From Auanema rhodensis (lineage: Eukaryota; Animalia; Nematoda): a DNA stretch of 64,000 nucleotides. Under the pieces are notes generated by a model. That model had not been told where the DNA came from and did no database searches. It was given only the letters and a program-made list of their open reading frames with translations. Position numbers and translations under genes: made by a program. Shown here in pieces: positions 12,497 through 26,010 of the stretch (position 1 is the first letter of the stretch; every line of letters starts with the position of its first letter). Location of the stretch: assembly GCA_964057225.1 (NCBI GenBank), contig OZ059895.1, forward strand, positions 20,522,001-20,586,000, written 5' to 3'.

Positions 12497-15400
12497 ATAG
12501 ATTCCCCATTTCCATATTAGTCTAAAAACAAATTTTTATTGATATTGGTGCATGGCAACCATGACTTTGAAATTTACGTGAACTTTAATTTATGCTTATT
12601 AAGTGTACACGTGATGTGCACTTGGTATGTAACTCGCTTCACGTGAAAGATGAAGAGATGCGGTTTTCAAAATTAGATTCCCCATGTCCATATTAGTCTA
12701 AAAACAAATTTTTGTTGATATTGGTGGATGGTAACCATGACTTTGAAATTTACGTGAACTTTAATTTATGCTAATTAAGTGTACACATGATGTGCACTTG
12801 GTATGTAACTCGCTTCAAGTCAAAGATAAAGAGATGCGGTTTTCAAAATTAGATTCCCCATGTCCATATTAGTCTAAAAACAAATTTTTATTAATATTGG
12901 TGCATGGTAACCATGACTTTGAAATTTACGTGAACTTTAATTTATGCTAATTAAGTGTACACATGATGTGCACTTGGTATGTAACTCGCTTCACGTGAAA
13001 GATAAAGAGATGCGGTTTTCCAAATTAGATTTCGCATGTCCATATTAGTCTAAAAACAAATTTTTATTGATATTGGTGCATGGTAACCATGACTTTGAAA
13101 TTTACGTGAACTTTAATTTATGCTAATTAAGTGTACACATGATGTGCACTTGGTATGTAACTCGCTTCACGTGAAAGATGAAGAGATGCGGTTTTCAAAA
13201 TTAGATTCCTCATGTCCATATTAGTCTAAAAACGAATTTTTATTGATATTGATGCATGGTAACCATGACTTTGAAATTTACGTGAACTTTAATTTATGCT
13301 AATTAAGTGTACACATGATGTGCACTTGGTATGTAACTCGCTTCACGTCACAGATAAAGAGATGCGGTTTTCAAAATTAGATTCCCCATGTCCATATTAG
13401 TTTAAAAACGAATTTTTATTGATATTGGTGAATGGTAACCATGACTTTAAAATTTACGTGAACTTCAATTTATGCTAATTAAGTGTACACGTGATGTGCA
13501 CTTGGTATGTAACTCGCTTCACGTGAAAGATGAAGAGATGCGGTTTTCAAAATTAGATTCCTCATGTCCATATTAGTCTAAAAACGAATTTTTATTGATA
13601 TTGATGCATGGTAACCATGACTTTGAAATTTACGTGAACTTTAATTTATGCTTATTAAGTGTACACGTGATGTGCACTTGGTATGTAACTCGCTTCACGT
13701 GAAATATAAAGGGATGCGGTTTTCAAAATTAGATTTCGCATGTCCATATTAGTCTAAAAACAAATTTTTATTGATATTGGTGCATGGTAACCATGACTTT
13801 GAAATTTACGTGAACTTTAATTTATGCTAATTAAGTGTACACATGATGTGCACTTGGTATGTAACTCGCTTCACGTGAAAGATAAAGAGATGCGGTTTTC
13901 ATAATTAGATTCCCCATTTCCATATTAGTCTAAAAACAAATTTTTAGTAATATTGGTGCATGGTAACCATGACTTTGAAATTTACGTGAACTTTAATTTA
14001 TGCTAATTAAGTGTACACATGATGTGCACTTGGTATGTAACTCGCTTCACGTGAAAGATGAAGAGATGCGGTTTTCAAAATTAGATTCCCCATGTCCATA
14101 TTAGTCTAAAAACAAATTTTTATTAATATTGGTGCATGGTAACCATGACTTTGAAATTTACGTGAACTTTAATTTATGCTAATTAAGTGTACACATGATG
14201 TGCACTTGGTATGTAACTCGCTTCACGTGAAAGATAAAGAGATGCGGTTTTCCAAATTAGATTTCGCATGTCCATATTAGTCTAAAAACAAATTTTTATT
14301 GATATTGGTGCATGGTAACCATGACTTTGAAATTTACGTGAACTTTAATTTATGCTAATTAAGTGTACACATGATGTGCACTTGGTATGTAACTCGCTTC
14401 ACGTGAAAGATGAAGAGATGCGGTTTTCAAAATTAGATTCCTCATGTCCATATTAGTCTAAAAACGAATTTTTATTGATATTGGTGCATGGTAACCATGA
14501 CTTTGAAATTTACGTGAACTTTAATTCATGTTTATTAAGTGTACACGTGATGTGCACTTGGTATGTAACTCGCTTCACGTGAAAGATAAAGAGATGCGGT
14601 TTTCAAAATTAGATTCCCCATTTCCATATTAGTCTAAAAACAAATTTTTATTGATATTGGTGCATGGCAACCATGACTTTAAAATTTACGTGAACTTTTA
14701 TTTATGCTAATTAAGTGTACACATGATGTGCACTTGGTATGTAACTCGTTTCACGTCAAAGATAAAGAGATGCGGTTTTCAAAATTGGATTCCCCATGTC
14801 CATATTAGTCTAAAAACAAATTTTTATTAATATTGGTGCATGGTAACCATGACTTTGAAATTTACGTGAACTTTAATTTATGCTAATTAAGTGTACACAT
14901 GATGTGCGCTTGGTATGTAACTCGTTTCACGTCAAAGATAAAGAGATGCGGTTTTCAAAATTGGATTCCCCATGTCCATATTAGTCTAAAAACAAATTTT
15001 TATTAATATTGGTGCATGGTAACCATGACTTTGAAATTTACGTGAACTTTAATTTATGCTAATTAAGTGTACACATGATGTGCGCTTGGTATGTAACTCG
15101 CTTCACGTGAAAGATAAAGAGATGCGGTTTTCAAAATTAGATTCCCCATTTCCATATTAGTCTAAAAACAAATTTTTATTAATATTGGTGCATGGTAACC
15201 ATGACTTTGAAATTTACGTGAACTTTAATTTATGCTAATTAAGTGTACACATGATGTGCACTTGGTATGTAACTCGTTTCACGTCAAAGATGAAGAGATG
15301 CGGTTTTCAAAATTGGATTCCCCATGTCTATATTAGTCTAAAAACAAATTTTTATTAATATTGGTGCATGGTAACCATGACTTTGAAATTTACGTGAACT

Positions 15401-16728
15401 TTAATTTATGCTAATTAAGTGTACACATGATGTGCACTTGGTATGTAACTCGCTTCACGTGAAAGATGAAGAGATGCGGTTTTCAAAATTAGATTCCCCA
15501 TGTCCATATTAGTCTAAAAACAAATTTTTATTAATATTGGTGCATGGCAACCATGACTTTAAAATTTACGTGAACTTTAATTTATGCTAATTAAGTGTAC
15601 ACATGATGTGCACTTGGTATGTAACTCGCTTCACGTGAAAGATAAAGAGATGCGGTTTTCAAAATAGATTCCCCATTTCCATATTAGTCTAAAAACAAAT
15701 TTTTATTGATATTGGTGCATGGCAACCATGACTTTAAAATTTACGTGAACTTTAATTTATGCTAATTAAGTGTACACATGATGTGCACTTGGTATGTAAC
15801 TCGCTTCACGTCAAAGATAAAGAGAAGAGGTTTTCAAAATTAGATTCCCCATGTCAATATTAGTCTAAAAACAAATTTTTATTAATATTGGTGCATGGTA
15901 ACCATGACTTTGAAATTTACGTGAACTTTAATTTATGCTAATTAAGTGTACACATGATGTGCGCTTGGTATGTAACTCGCTTCACGTGAAAGATAAAGAG
16001 ATGCGGTTTTCATAATTAGATTCCTCATTTCCATATTAGTCTAAAAACAAATTTTTATTAATATTGGTGCATGGTAACCATGACTTTGAAATTTACGTGA
16101 ACTTTAATTTATGCTAATTAAGTGTACACATGATGTGCACTTGGTATGTAACTCGCTTCACGTGAAAGATGAAGAGATGCGGTTTTCAAAATTAGATTCC
16201 CCATGTCCATATTAGTCTAAAAACAAATTTTTATTAATATTGGTGCATGGTAACCATGACTTTGAAATTTACGTGAACTTTAATTTATGCTAATTAAGTG
16301 TACACATGATGTGCACTTGGTATGTAACTCGCTTCACGTGAAAGATAAAGAGATGCGGTTTTCCAAATTAGATTTCGCATGTCCATATTAGTCTAAAAAC
16401 AAATTTTTATTGATATTGGTGCATGGTAACCATGACTTTGAAATTTACGTGAACTTTAATTTATGCTAATTAAGTGTACACATGATGTGCACTCGGTATG
16501 TAACTCGCTTCACGTGAAAGATGAAGAGATGCGGTTTTCAAAATTAGATTCCTCATGTCCATATTAGTCTAAAAACGAATTTTTATTGATATTGGTGCAT
16601 GGTAACCATGACTTTGAAATTTACGTGAACTTTAATTTATGCTTATTAAGTGTACACGTGATGTGCACTTGGTATGTAACTCGCTTAACGTGAAATATAA
16701 AGGAATGCGGTTTTCAAAATTAGATTCC

Positions 16729-18550
16729 CCATGTCCATATTAGTCTAAAAACAAATTTTTATTGATATTGGTGCATGGTAACCATGACTTTAAAATTTAC
16801 GTGAACTTTAATTTATGCTAATTAAGTGTACACATGATGTGCACTTGGTATGTAACTCGCTTCACGTCAAAGATAAAGAGATGCGGTTTTCAAAATTAGA
16901 TTCCCCATGTCCATATTAGTCTAAAAACAAATTTTTATTAATATTGGTGCATGGTAACCATGACTTTGAAATTTACGTGAAGTTTAATTTATGCTTATTA
17001 AGTGTACACGTGATGTGCACTTGGTATGTAACTCGCTTCACGTGAAATATAAAGGGATGCGGTTTTCAAAATTAGATTCCCCATGTCCATATTAGTCTAA
17101 AAACAAATTTTTATTGATATTGGTGCATGGTAACCATGACTTTGAAATTAACGTGAACTTTAATTTATGCTAATTAAGTGTACACATGATGTGCACTTGG
17201 TATGTAACTCGCTTCACGTCAAAGATAAAGAGATGCGGTTTTCAAAATTAGATTCCCCATGTCCATATTAGTCTAAAAACAAATTTTTATTAATATTGGT
17301 GCATGGTAACCATGACTTTGAAATTTACGTGAACTTTAATTTATGCTAATTAAGTGTACACGTGATGTGCACTTGGTATTTAACTCGCTTCACGTGAAAG
17401 ATAAAGAGATGCGGTTTTCAAAATTAGATTCCCCATGTCCATATTAGTCTAAACACAAATTTTTATTGATATTGGTGCATGGTAACCATGACTTTGAAAT
17501 TTACGTGAACTTTAATTTATGCTAATTAAGTGTACACGTGATGTGCTCTTGGTATGTAACTCGCTTCACGTGAAAGATAAAGAGATGCGGTTTTCAAAAT
17601 TAGATTCCCCATTTCCATATTAGTCAAAAAACAAATTTTTATTGATATTGGTGCATGGCAACCATGACTTTAAAATTTACGTGAACTTTAATTTATGCTA
17701 ATTAAGTGTACACATGATGTGCACTTGGTATGTAACTCGCTTCACGTCAAAGATAAAGAGATGCGGTTTTCAAAATTAGATTCCCCATGTCCATATTAGT
17801 CTAAAAACAAATTTTTATTGATATTGGTGCATGGTAACCATGACTTTAAAATTTACGTGAACTTTAATTTATGCTAATTAAGTGTACACATGATGTGCAC
17901 TTGGTATGTAACTCGCTTCACGTCAAAGATAAAGAGATGCGGTTTTCAAAATTAGATTCCCCATGTCCATATTAGTCTAAAAACAAATTTTTATTAATAT
18001 TGGTGCATGGTAACCATGACTTTGAAATTTACGTGAAGTTTAATTTATGCTTATTAAGTGTACACGTGATGTGCACTTGGTATGTAACTCGCTTCACGTG
18101 AAATATAAAGGGATGCGGTTTTCAAAATTAGATTCCCCATGTCCATATTAGTCTAAAAACAAATTTTTATTGATATTGGTGCATGGTAACCATGACTTTG
18201 AAATTAACGTGAACTTTAATTTATGCTAATTAAGTGTACACATGATGTGCACTTGGTATGTAACTCGCTTCACGTCAAAGATAAAGAGATGCGGTTTTCA
18301 AAATTAGATTCCCCATGTCCATATTAGTCTAAAAACAAATTTTTATTAATATTGGTGCATGGTAACCATGACTTTGAAATTTACGTGAACTTTAATTTAT
18401 GCTAATTAAGTGTACACGTGATGTGCACTTGGTATTTAACTCGCTTCACGTGAAAGATAAAGAGATGCGGTTTTCAAAATTAGATTCCCCATGTCCATAT
18501 TAGTCTAAACACAAATTTTTATTGATATTGGTGCATGGTAACCATGACTT
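16729..18550. repeat. 6-monomer-offset duplication (1056 bp)
   Basis: GAAGTTT at 16982/18038; the AATTAACG and GTATTTAAC markers repeat at the same offset. Confidence 0.85.
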
Positions 18551-21500
18551 TAAAATTTACGTGAACTTTAATTTATGCTAATTAAGTGTACACATGATGT
18601 GCACTTGGTATGTAACTCGTTTCACGTCAAAGATAAAGAGATGCGGTTTTCAAAATTGGATTCCCCATGTCCATATTAGTCTAAAAACAAATTTTTATTA
18701 ATATTGATGCATGGTAACCATGACTTTGAAATTTACGTGAACTTTAATTTATGCTAATTAAGTGTACACATGATGTGCACTTGGTATGTAACTCGCTTCA
18801 CGTGAAATATAAAGGGATGCGGTTTTCAAAATTAGATTCCCCATGTCCATATTAGTCTAAACACAAATTTTTATTGATATTGGTGCATGGTAACCATGAC
18901 TTTGAAATTTACGTGAACTTTAATTTATGCTAATTAAGTGTACACGTGATGTGCACTTGGTATGTAACTCGCTTCACGTGAAAGATAAAGAGATGCGGTT
19001 TTCAAAATTAGATTCCCCATTTCCATATTAGTCAAAAAACAAATTTTTATTGATATTGGTGCATGGCAACCATGACTTTAAAATTTACGTGAACTTTAAT
19101 TTATGCTAATTAAGTGTACACATGATGTGCACTTGGTATGTAACTCGCTTCACGTCAAAGATAAAGAGATGCGGTTTTCAAAATTAGATTCCCCATGTCC
19201 ATATTAGTCTAAAAACAAATTTTTATTAATATTGGTGCATGGTAACCATGACTTTGAAATTTACGTGAACTTTAATTTATGCTGATTAAGTGTACACATG
19301 ATGTGCGCTTGGTATGTAACTCGCTTCACGTGAAAGATAAAGAGATGCGGTTTTCAAAATTAGATTCCCCATTTCCATATTAGTCTAAAAACAAATTTTT
19401 ATTGATATTGGTGCATGGCAACCATGACTTTAAAATTTACGTGAACTTTAATTTATGCTAATTAAGTGTACACATGATGTGCACTTGGTATGTAACTCGT
19501 TTCACGTCAAAGATAAAGAGATGCGGTTTTCAAAATTGGATTCCCCATGTCCATATTAGTCTAAAAACAAATTTTTATTAATATTGATGCATGGTAACCA
19601 TGACTTTGAAATTTACGTGAACTTTAATTTATGCTAATTAAGTGTACACATGATGTGCACTTGGTATGTAACTCGCTTCACGTCAAAGATAAAGAGATGC
19701 GGTTTTCAAAATTAGATTCCCCATGTCCATATTAGTCTAAAAACAAATTTTTATTGATATTGGTGCATGGTAACCATGACTTTGAAATTTACGTGAACTT
19801 TAATTTATGCTAATTAAGTGTACACATGATGTGCGCTTGGTATGTAACTCGCTTCACGTCAAAGATAAAGAGATGCGGTTTTCAAAATTAGATTCCCCAT
19901 GTCCATATTAGTCTAAAAACAAATTTTTATTGATATTGGTGCATGGTAACCATGACTTTGAAATTTACGTGAACTTTAATTTATGCTAATTAAGTGTACA
20001 CATGATGTGCACTTGGTATGTAACTCGCTTCAAGTGAAAGATAAAGAGATGCGCTTTTCAAAATTAGATTTCGCATGTCCATATTAGTCTAAAAACAAAT
20101 TTTTATTGATATTGGTGCATGGTAACCATGACTTTAAAATTTACGTGAACTTTAATTTATGCTAATTAAGTGTACACATGATGTGCACTTGGTATGTAAC
20201 TCGCTTCACGTCAAAGATAAAGAGATGCGGTTTTCAAAATTAGATTCCCCATGTCCATATTAGTCTAAAAACAAATTTTTATGAATATTGGTGCATGGTA
20301 ACCATGACTTTGAAATTTACGTGAACTTTAATTTATGCTAATTAAGTGTACACATGATGTGCACTTGGTATGTAACTCGCTTCACGTCAAAGATAAAGAG
20401 ATGCGGTTTTGAAAATTAGATTCCCCATGTCCATATTAGTCTAAAAACAAATTTTTATTAATATTGGTGCATGGTAACCATGACTTTGAAATTTACGTGA
20501 ACTTTAATTTATGCTAATTAAGTGTACACATGATGTGCACTTGGTATGTAACTCGCTTCACGTCAAAGATAAAGAGATGCGGTTTTCAAAATTAGATTCC
20601 CCATGTCCATATTAGTCTAAAAACAATTTTTTATCAATATTGGTGCATGGTAACCATGACTTTGAAATTTACGTGAACTTTAATTTTTGCTAATTAAGTG
20701 TACACATGATGTGCACTTGGTATGTAACTCGCTTCACGTCAAAGATAAAGAGATGCGGTTTTCAAAATTAGATTCCCCATGTCCATATTAGTCTAAAAAC
20801 AAATTTTTATTAATATTGGTGCATGGTAACCATGACTTTGAAATTTACGTGAACTTTAATTTATGCTAATTAAGTGTACACATGATGTGCACTTGGTATG
20901 TAACTCGCTTCAAGTGAAAGATAAAGAGATGCGGTTTTCAAAATTAGATTTCGCATGTCCATATTAGTCTAAAAACAAATTTTTATTGATATTGGTGCAT
21001 GGTAACCATGACTTTAAAATTTACGTGAACTTTAATTTATGCTAATTAAGTGTACACATGATGTGCACTTGGTATGTAACTCGCTTCACGTCAAAGATAA
21101 AGAGATGCGGTTTTCAAAATTAGATTCCCCATGTCCATATTAGTCTAAAAACAATTTTTTATCAATATTGGTGCATGGTAACCATGACTTTGAAATTTAC
21201 GTGAACTTTAATTTATGCTAATTAAGTGTACAAATGATGTGCGCTTGGTATGTAACTCTCTTCACGTGAAAGATAAAGAGATGCGGTTTCCAAAATTAGA
21301 TTCCTCATGTCCATATTAGTCTAAAAACGAATTTTTATTGATATTGGTGCATGGTAACCATGACTTTAAAATTTACGTGAACTTTAATTTATGCTAATTA
21401 AGTGTACACATGATGTGCACTTGGTATGTAACTTGCTTCACGTCAAAGATAAAGAGATGCGGTTTTCAAAATTAGATTCCCCATGTCCATTTTAGTCTAA

Positions 21501-22929
21501 AAACGAATTTTTATTGATATTGGTGGATGGTAACCATGACTTTAAAACTTACGTGAACTTCAATTTATGCTAATTAAGTGTACACGTGATGTGCACTTGG
21601 TATGTAACTCGCTTCACGTGAAAGATAAAGAGATGCGGTTTTCAAAATTAGATTCCTCATGTCCATATTAGTCTAAAAACGAATTTTTATTGATATTGGT
21701 GCATGGTAACCATGACTTTAAAATTTACGTGAACTTTAATTTATGCTAATTAAGTGTACACATGATGTGCACTTGGTATGTAACTCGCTTCACGTCAAAG
21801 ATAAAGAGATGCGGTTTTCAAAATTAGATTCCCCATGTCCATGTTAGTCTAAAAACAAATTTCTATTAATATTGGTGCATGGTAACTATGACTTTGAAAT
21901 TTACGTGAACTTTAATTTATGCTAATTAAGTGTACACATGATGTGCACTTGGTATGTAACTCGCTTCAAGTGAAAGATAAAGAGATGCGCTTTTCAAAAT
22001 TAGATTTCGCATGTCCATATTAGTCTAAAAACAAATTTTTATTGATATTGGTGCATGGTAACCATGACTTTAAAATTTACGTGAACTTTAATTTATGCTA
22101 ATTAAGTGTACACATGATGTGCACTTGGTATGTAACTCGCTTCACGTCAAAGATAAAGAGATGCGGTTTTCAAAATTAGATTCCCCATGTCCATATTAGT
22201 CTAAAAACAAATTTTCATGAATATTGGTGCATGGTAACCATGACTTTGAAATTTACGTGAACTTTAATTTATGCTAATTAAGTGTACACATGATGTGCAC
22301 TTGGTATGTAACTCGCTTCACGTCAAAGATAAAGAGATGCGGTTTTGAAAATTAGATTCCCCATGTCCATATTAGTCTAAAAACAAATTTTTATTAATAT
22401 TGGTGCATGGTAACCATGACTTTGAAATTTACGTGAACTTTAATTTATGCTAATTAAGTGTACACATGATGTGCACTTGGTAAGTAACTCGCTTCACGTC
22501 AAAGATAAAGAGATGCGGTTTTCAAAATTAGATTCCCCATGTCCATATTAGTCTAAAAACAATTTTTTATCAATATTGGTGCATGGTAACCATGACTTTA
22601 AAATTTACGTGAACTTTAATTTATGCTAATTAAGTGTACACATGATGTGCACTTGGTATGTAACTCGCTTCACGTCAAAGATAAAGAGATGCGGTTTTCA
22701 AAATTAGATTCCCCATGTCCATATTAGTCTAAAAACAAATTTTCATGAATATTGGTGCATGGTAACCATGACTTTGAAATTTACGTGAACTTTAATTTAT
22801 GCTAATTAAGTGTACACATGATGTGCACTTGGTATGTAACTCGCTTCACGTCAAAGATAAAGAGATGCGGTTTTGAAAATTAGATTCCCCATGTCCATAT
22901 TAGTCTAAAAACAAATTTTTATTAATATT

Positions 22930-25900
22930 GGTGCATGGTAACCATGACTTTGAAATTTACGTGAACTTTAATTTATGCTAATTAAGTGTACACATGATGT
23001 GCACTTGGTAAGTAACTCGCTTCACGTCAAAGATAAAGAGATGCGGTTTTCAAAATTAGATTCCCCATGTCCATATTAGTCTAAAAACAATTTTTTATCA
23101 ATATTGGTGCATGGTAACCATGACTTTGAAATTTACGTGAACTTTAATTTTTGCTAATTAAGTGTACACGTGATGTGCACTTGGTATGTAACTCGCTTCA
23201 CGTGAAAGATAAAGAGATGCGGTTTCCAAAATTAGATTCCCCATGTCCATATTAGTCTAAAAACAAATTTTTATTGATATTGGTGCATGGTAACCATGAC
23301 TTTAAAATTTACGTGAACTTTAATTTATGCTAATTAAGTGTACACATGATGTGCACTTGGTATGTAACTCGCTTCACGTCAAAGATAAAGAAATGCGGTT
23401 TTCAAAATTAGATTCCCCATGTCCATGTTAGTCTAAAAACAAATTTCTATTAATATTGGTGCATGGTAACTATGACTTTGAAATTTACGTGAACTTTAAT
23501 TTATGCTAATTAAGTGTACACATGATGTGCACTTGGTATGTAACTCGCTTCAAGTGAAAGATAAAGAGATGCGCTTTTCAAAATTAGATTTCGCATGTCC
23601 ATATTAGTCTAAAAACAAATTTTTATTGATATTGGTGCATGGTAACCATGACTTTAAAATTTACGTGAACTTTAATTTATGCTAATTAAGTGTACACATG
23701 ATGTGCACTTGGTATGTAACTCGCTTCACGTCAAAGATAAAGAGATGCGGTTTTCAAAATTAGATTCCCCATGTCCATATTAGTCTAAAAACAAATTTTT
23801 ATTAATATTGGTGCATGGTAACCATGACTTTGAAATTTACGTGAACTTTAATTTATGCTAATTAAGTGTACACATGATGTGCACTTGGTATGTAACTCGC
23901 TTCACGTCAAAGATAAAAAGATGAGGTTTTCAAAATTAGATTCCCCATGTCCATATTAGTCTAAAAACAAATTTTTATTAATATTGGTGCATGGTAACCA
24001 TGACTTTGAAATTTACGTGAACTTTAATTTATGCTAATTAAGTGTACACATGATGTGCGCTTGGTATGTAACTCGCTTCACGTGAAAGATAAAGAGATGC
24101 GGTTTTCAAAATTAGATTCCTCATGTCCATATTAGTCTAAAAACGAATTTTTATTGATATTGGTGCATGGCAACCATGACTTTAAAATTTACGTGAACTT
24201 TAATTTATGCTAATTAAGTGTACACATGATGTGCACTTGGTATGTAACTCGCTTCACTCAAAGATAAAGAGATGCGGTTTTCAAAATTAGATTCCCCATG
24301 TCCATATTAGTCTAAAAACAAATTTTTATCAATATTGGTGCATGGTAACTATGACTTTGAAATTTACGTGAACTTTAATTTATGCTAATTAAGTGTACAC
24401 ATGATGTGCACTTGGTATGTAACTCGCTTCACGTCAAAGATAAAGAGATGCGGTTTTGAAAATTAGATTCCCCATGTCCATATTAGTCTAAAAACAATTT
24501 TTTATCAATATTGGTGCATGGTAACCATGACTTTGAAATTTACGTGAACTTTAATTTATGCTAATTAAGTGTACACATGATGTGCACTTGGTAAGTAACT
24601 CGCTTCACGTCAAAGATAAAGAGATGCGGTTTTCAAAATTAGATTCCCCATGTCCATATTAGTCTAAAAACAATTTTTTATCAATATTGGTGCATGGTAA
24701 CCATGACTTTGAAATTTACGTGAACTTTAATTTTTGCTAATTAAGTGTACACGTGATGTGCACTTGGTATGTAACTCGCTTCACGTGAAAGATAAAGAGA
24801 TGCGGTTTCCAAAATTAGATTCCCCATGTCCATATTAGTCTAAAAACAAATTTTTATTGATATTGGTGCATGGTAACCATGACTTTAAAATTTACGTGAA
24901 CTTTAATTTATGCTAATTAAGTGTACACATGATGTGCACTTGGTATGTAACTCGCTTCACGTCAAAGATAAAGAAATGCGGTTTTCAAAATTAGATTCCC
25001 CATGTCCATGTTAGTCTAAAAACAAATTTCTATTAATATTGGTGCATGGTAACTATGACTTTGAAATTTACGTGAACTTTAATTTATGCTAATTAAGTGT
25101 ACACATGATGTGCACTTGGTATGTAACTCGCTTCAAGTGAAAGATAAAGAGATGCGCTTTTCAAAATTAGATTTCGCATGTCCATATTAGTCTAAAAACA
25201 AATTTTTATTGATATTGGTGCATGGTAACCATGACTTTAAAATTTACGTGAACTTTAATTTATGCTAATTAAGTGTACACATGATGTGCACTTGGTATGT
25301 AACTCGCTTCACGTCAAAGATAAAGAGATGCGGTTTTCAAAATTAGATTCCCCATGTCCATATTAGTCTAAAAACAAATTTTTATTAATATTGGTGCATG
25401 GTAACCATGACTTTGAAATTTACGTGAACTTTAATTTATGCTAATTAAGTGTACACATGATGTGCACTTGGTATGTAACTCGCTTCACGTCAAAGATAAA
25501 AAGATGAGGTTTTCAAAATTAGATTCCCCATGTCCATATTAGTCTAAAAACAAATTTTTATTAATATTGGTGCATGGTAACCATGACTTTGAAATTTACG
25601 TGAACTTTAATTTATGCTAATTAAGTGTACACATGATGTGCGCTTGGTATGTAACTCGCTTCACGTGAAAGATAAAGAGATGCGGTTTTCAAAATTAGAT
25701 TCCTCATGTCCATATTAGTCTAAAAACGAATTTTTATTGATATTGGTGCATGGCAACCATGACTTTAAAATTTACGTGAACTTTAATTTATGCTAATTAA
25801 GTGTACACATGATGTGCACTTGGTATGTAACTCGCTTCACTCAAAGATAAAGAGATGCGGTTTTCAAAATTAGATTCCCCATGTCCATATTAGTCTAAAA

Positions 25901-26010
25901 ACAAATTTTTATCAATATTGGTGCATGGTAACTATGACTTTGAAATTTACGTGAACTTTAATTTATGCTAATTAAGTGTACACATGATGTGCACTTGGTA
26001 TGTAACTCGC
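22930..26010. repeat. Near-tandem 9-monomer duplication (1583-bp period)
   Basis: GGTAAG 23011/24594, AAATGCGG 23391/24974 and CACTC 24255/25838 are all offset by 1583. Confidence 0.88.

Larger units (their letters stand above)
9682..20030. repeat. Satellite subfamily domain B
   Basis: Markers GATGAAG, TTCCAAATTAGATTTCGC, GTCACAG, AAATATAAAGGG, GCTTATT, the AAAATAGATT deletion, ATTGGA and CGTTTC occur here and I do not see them in 20-46 kb. The CACTC deletion is absent here. Confidence 0.8.
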
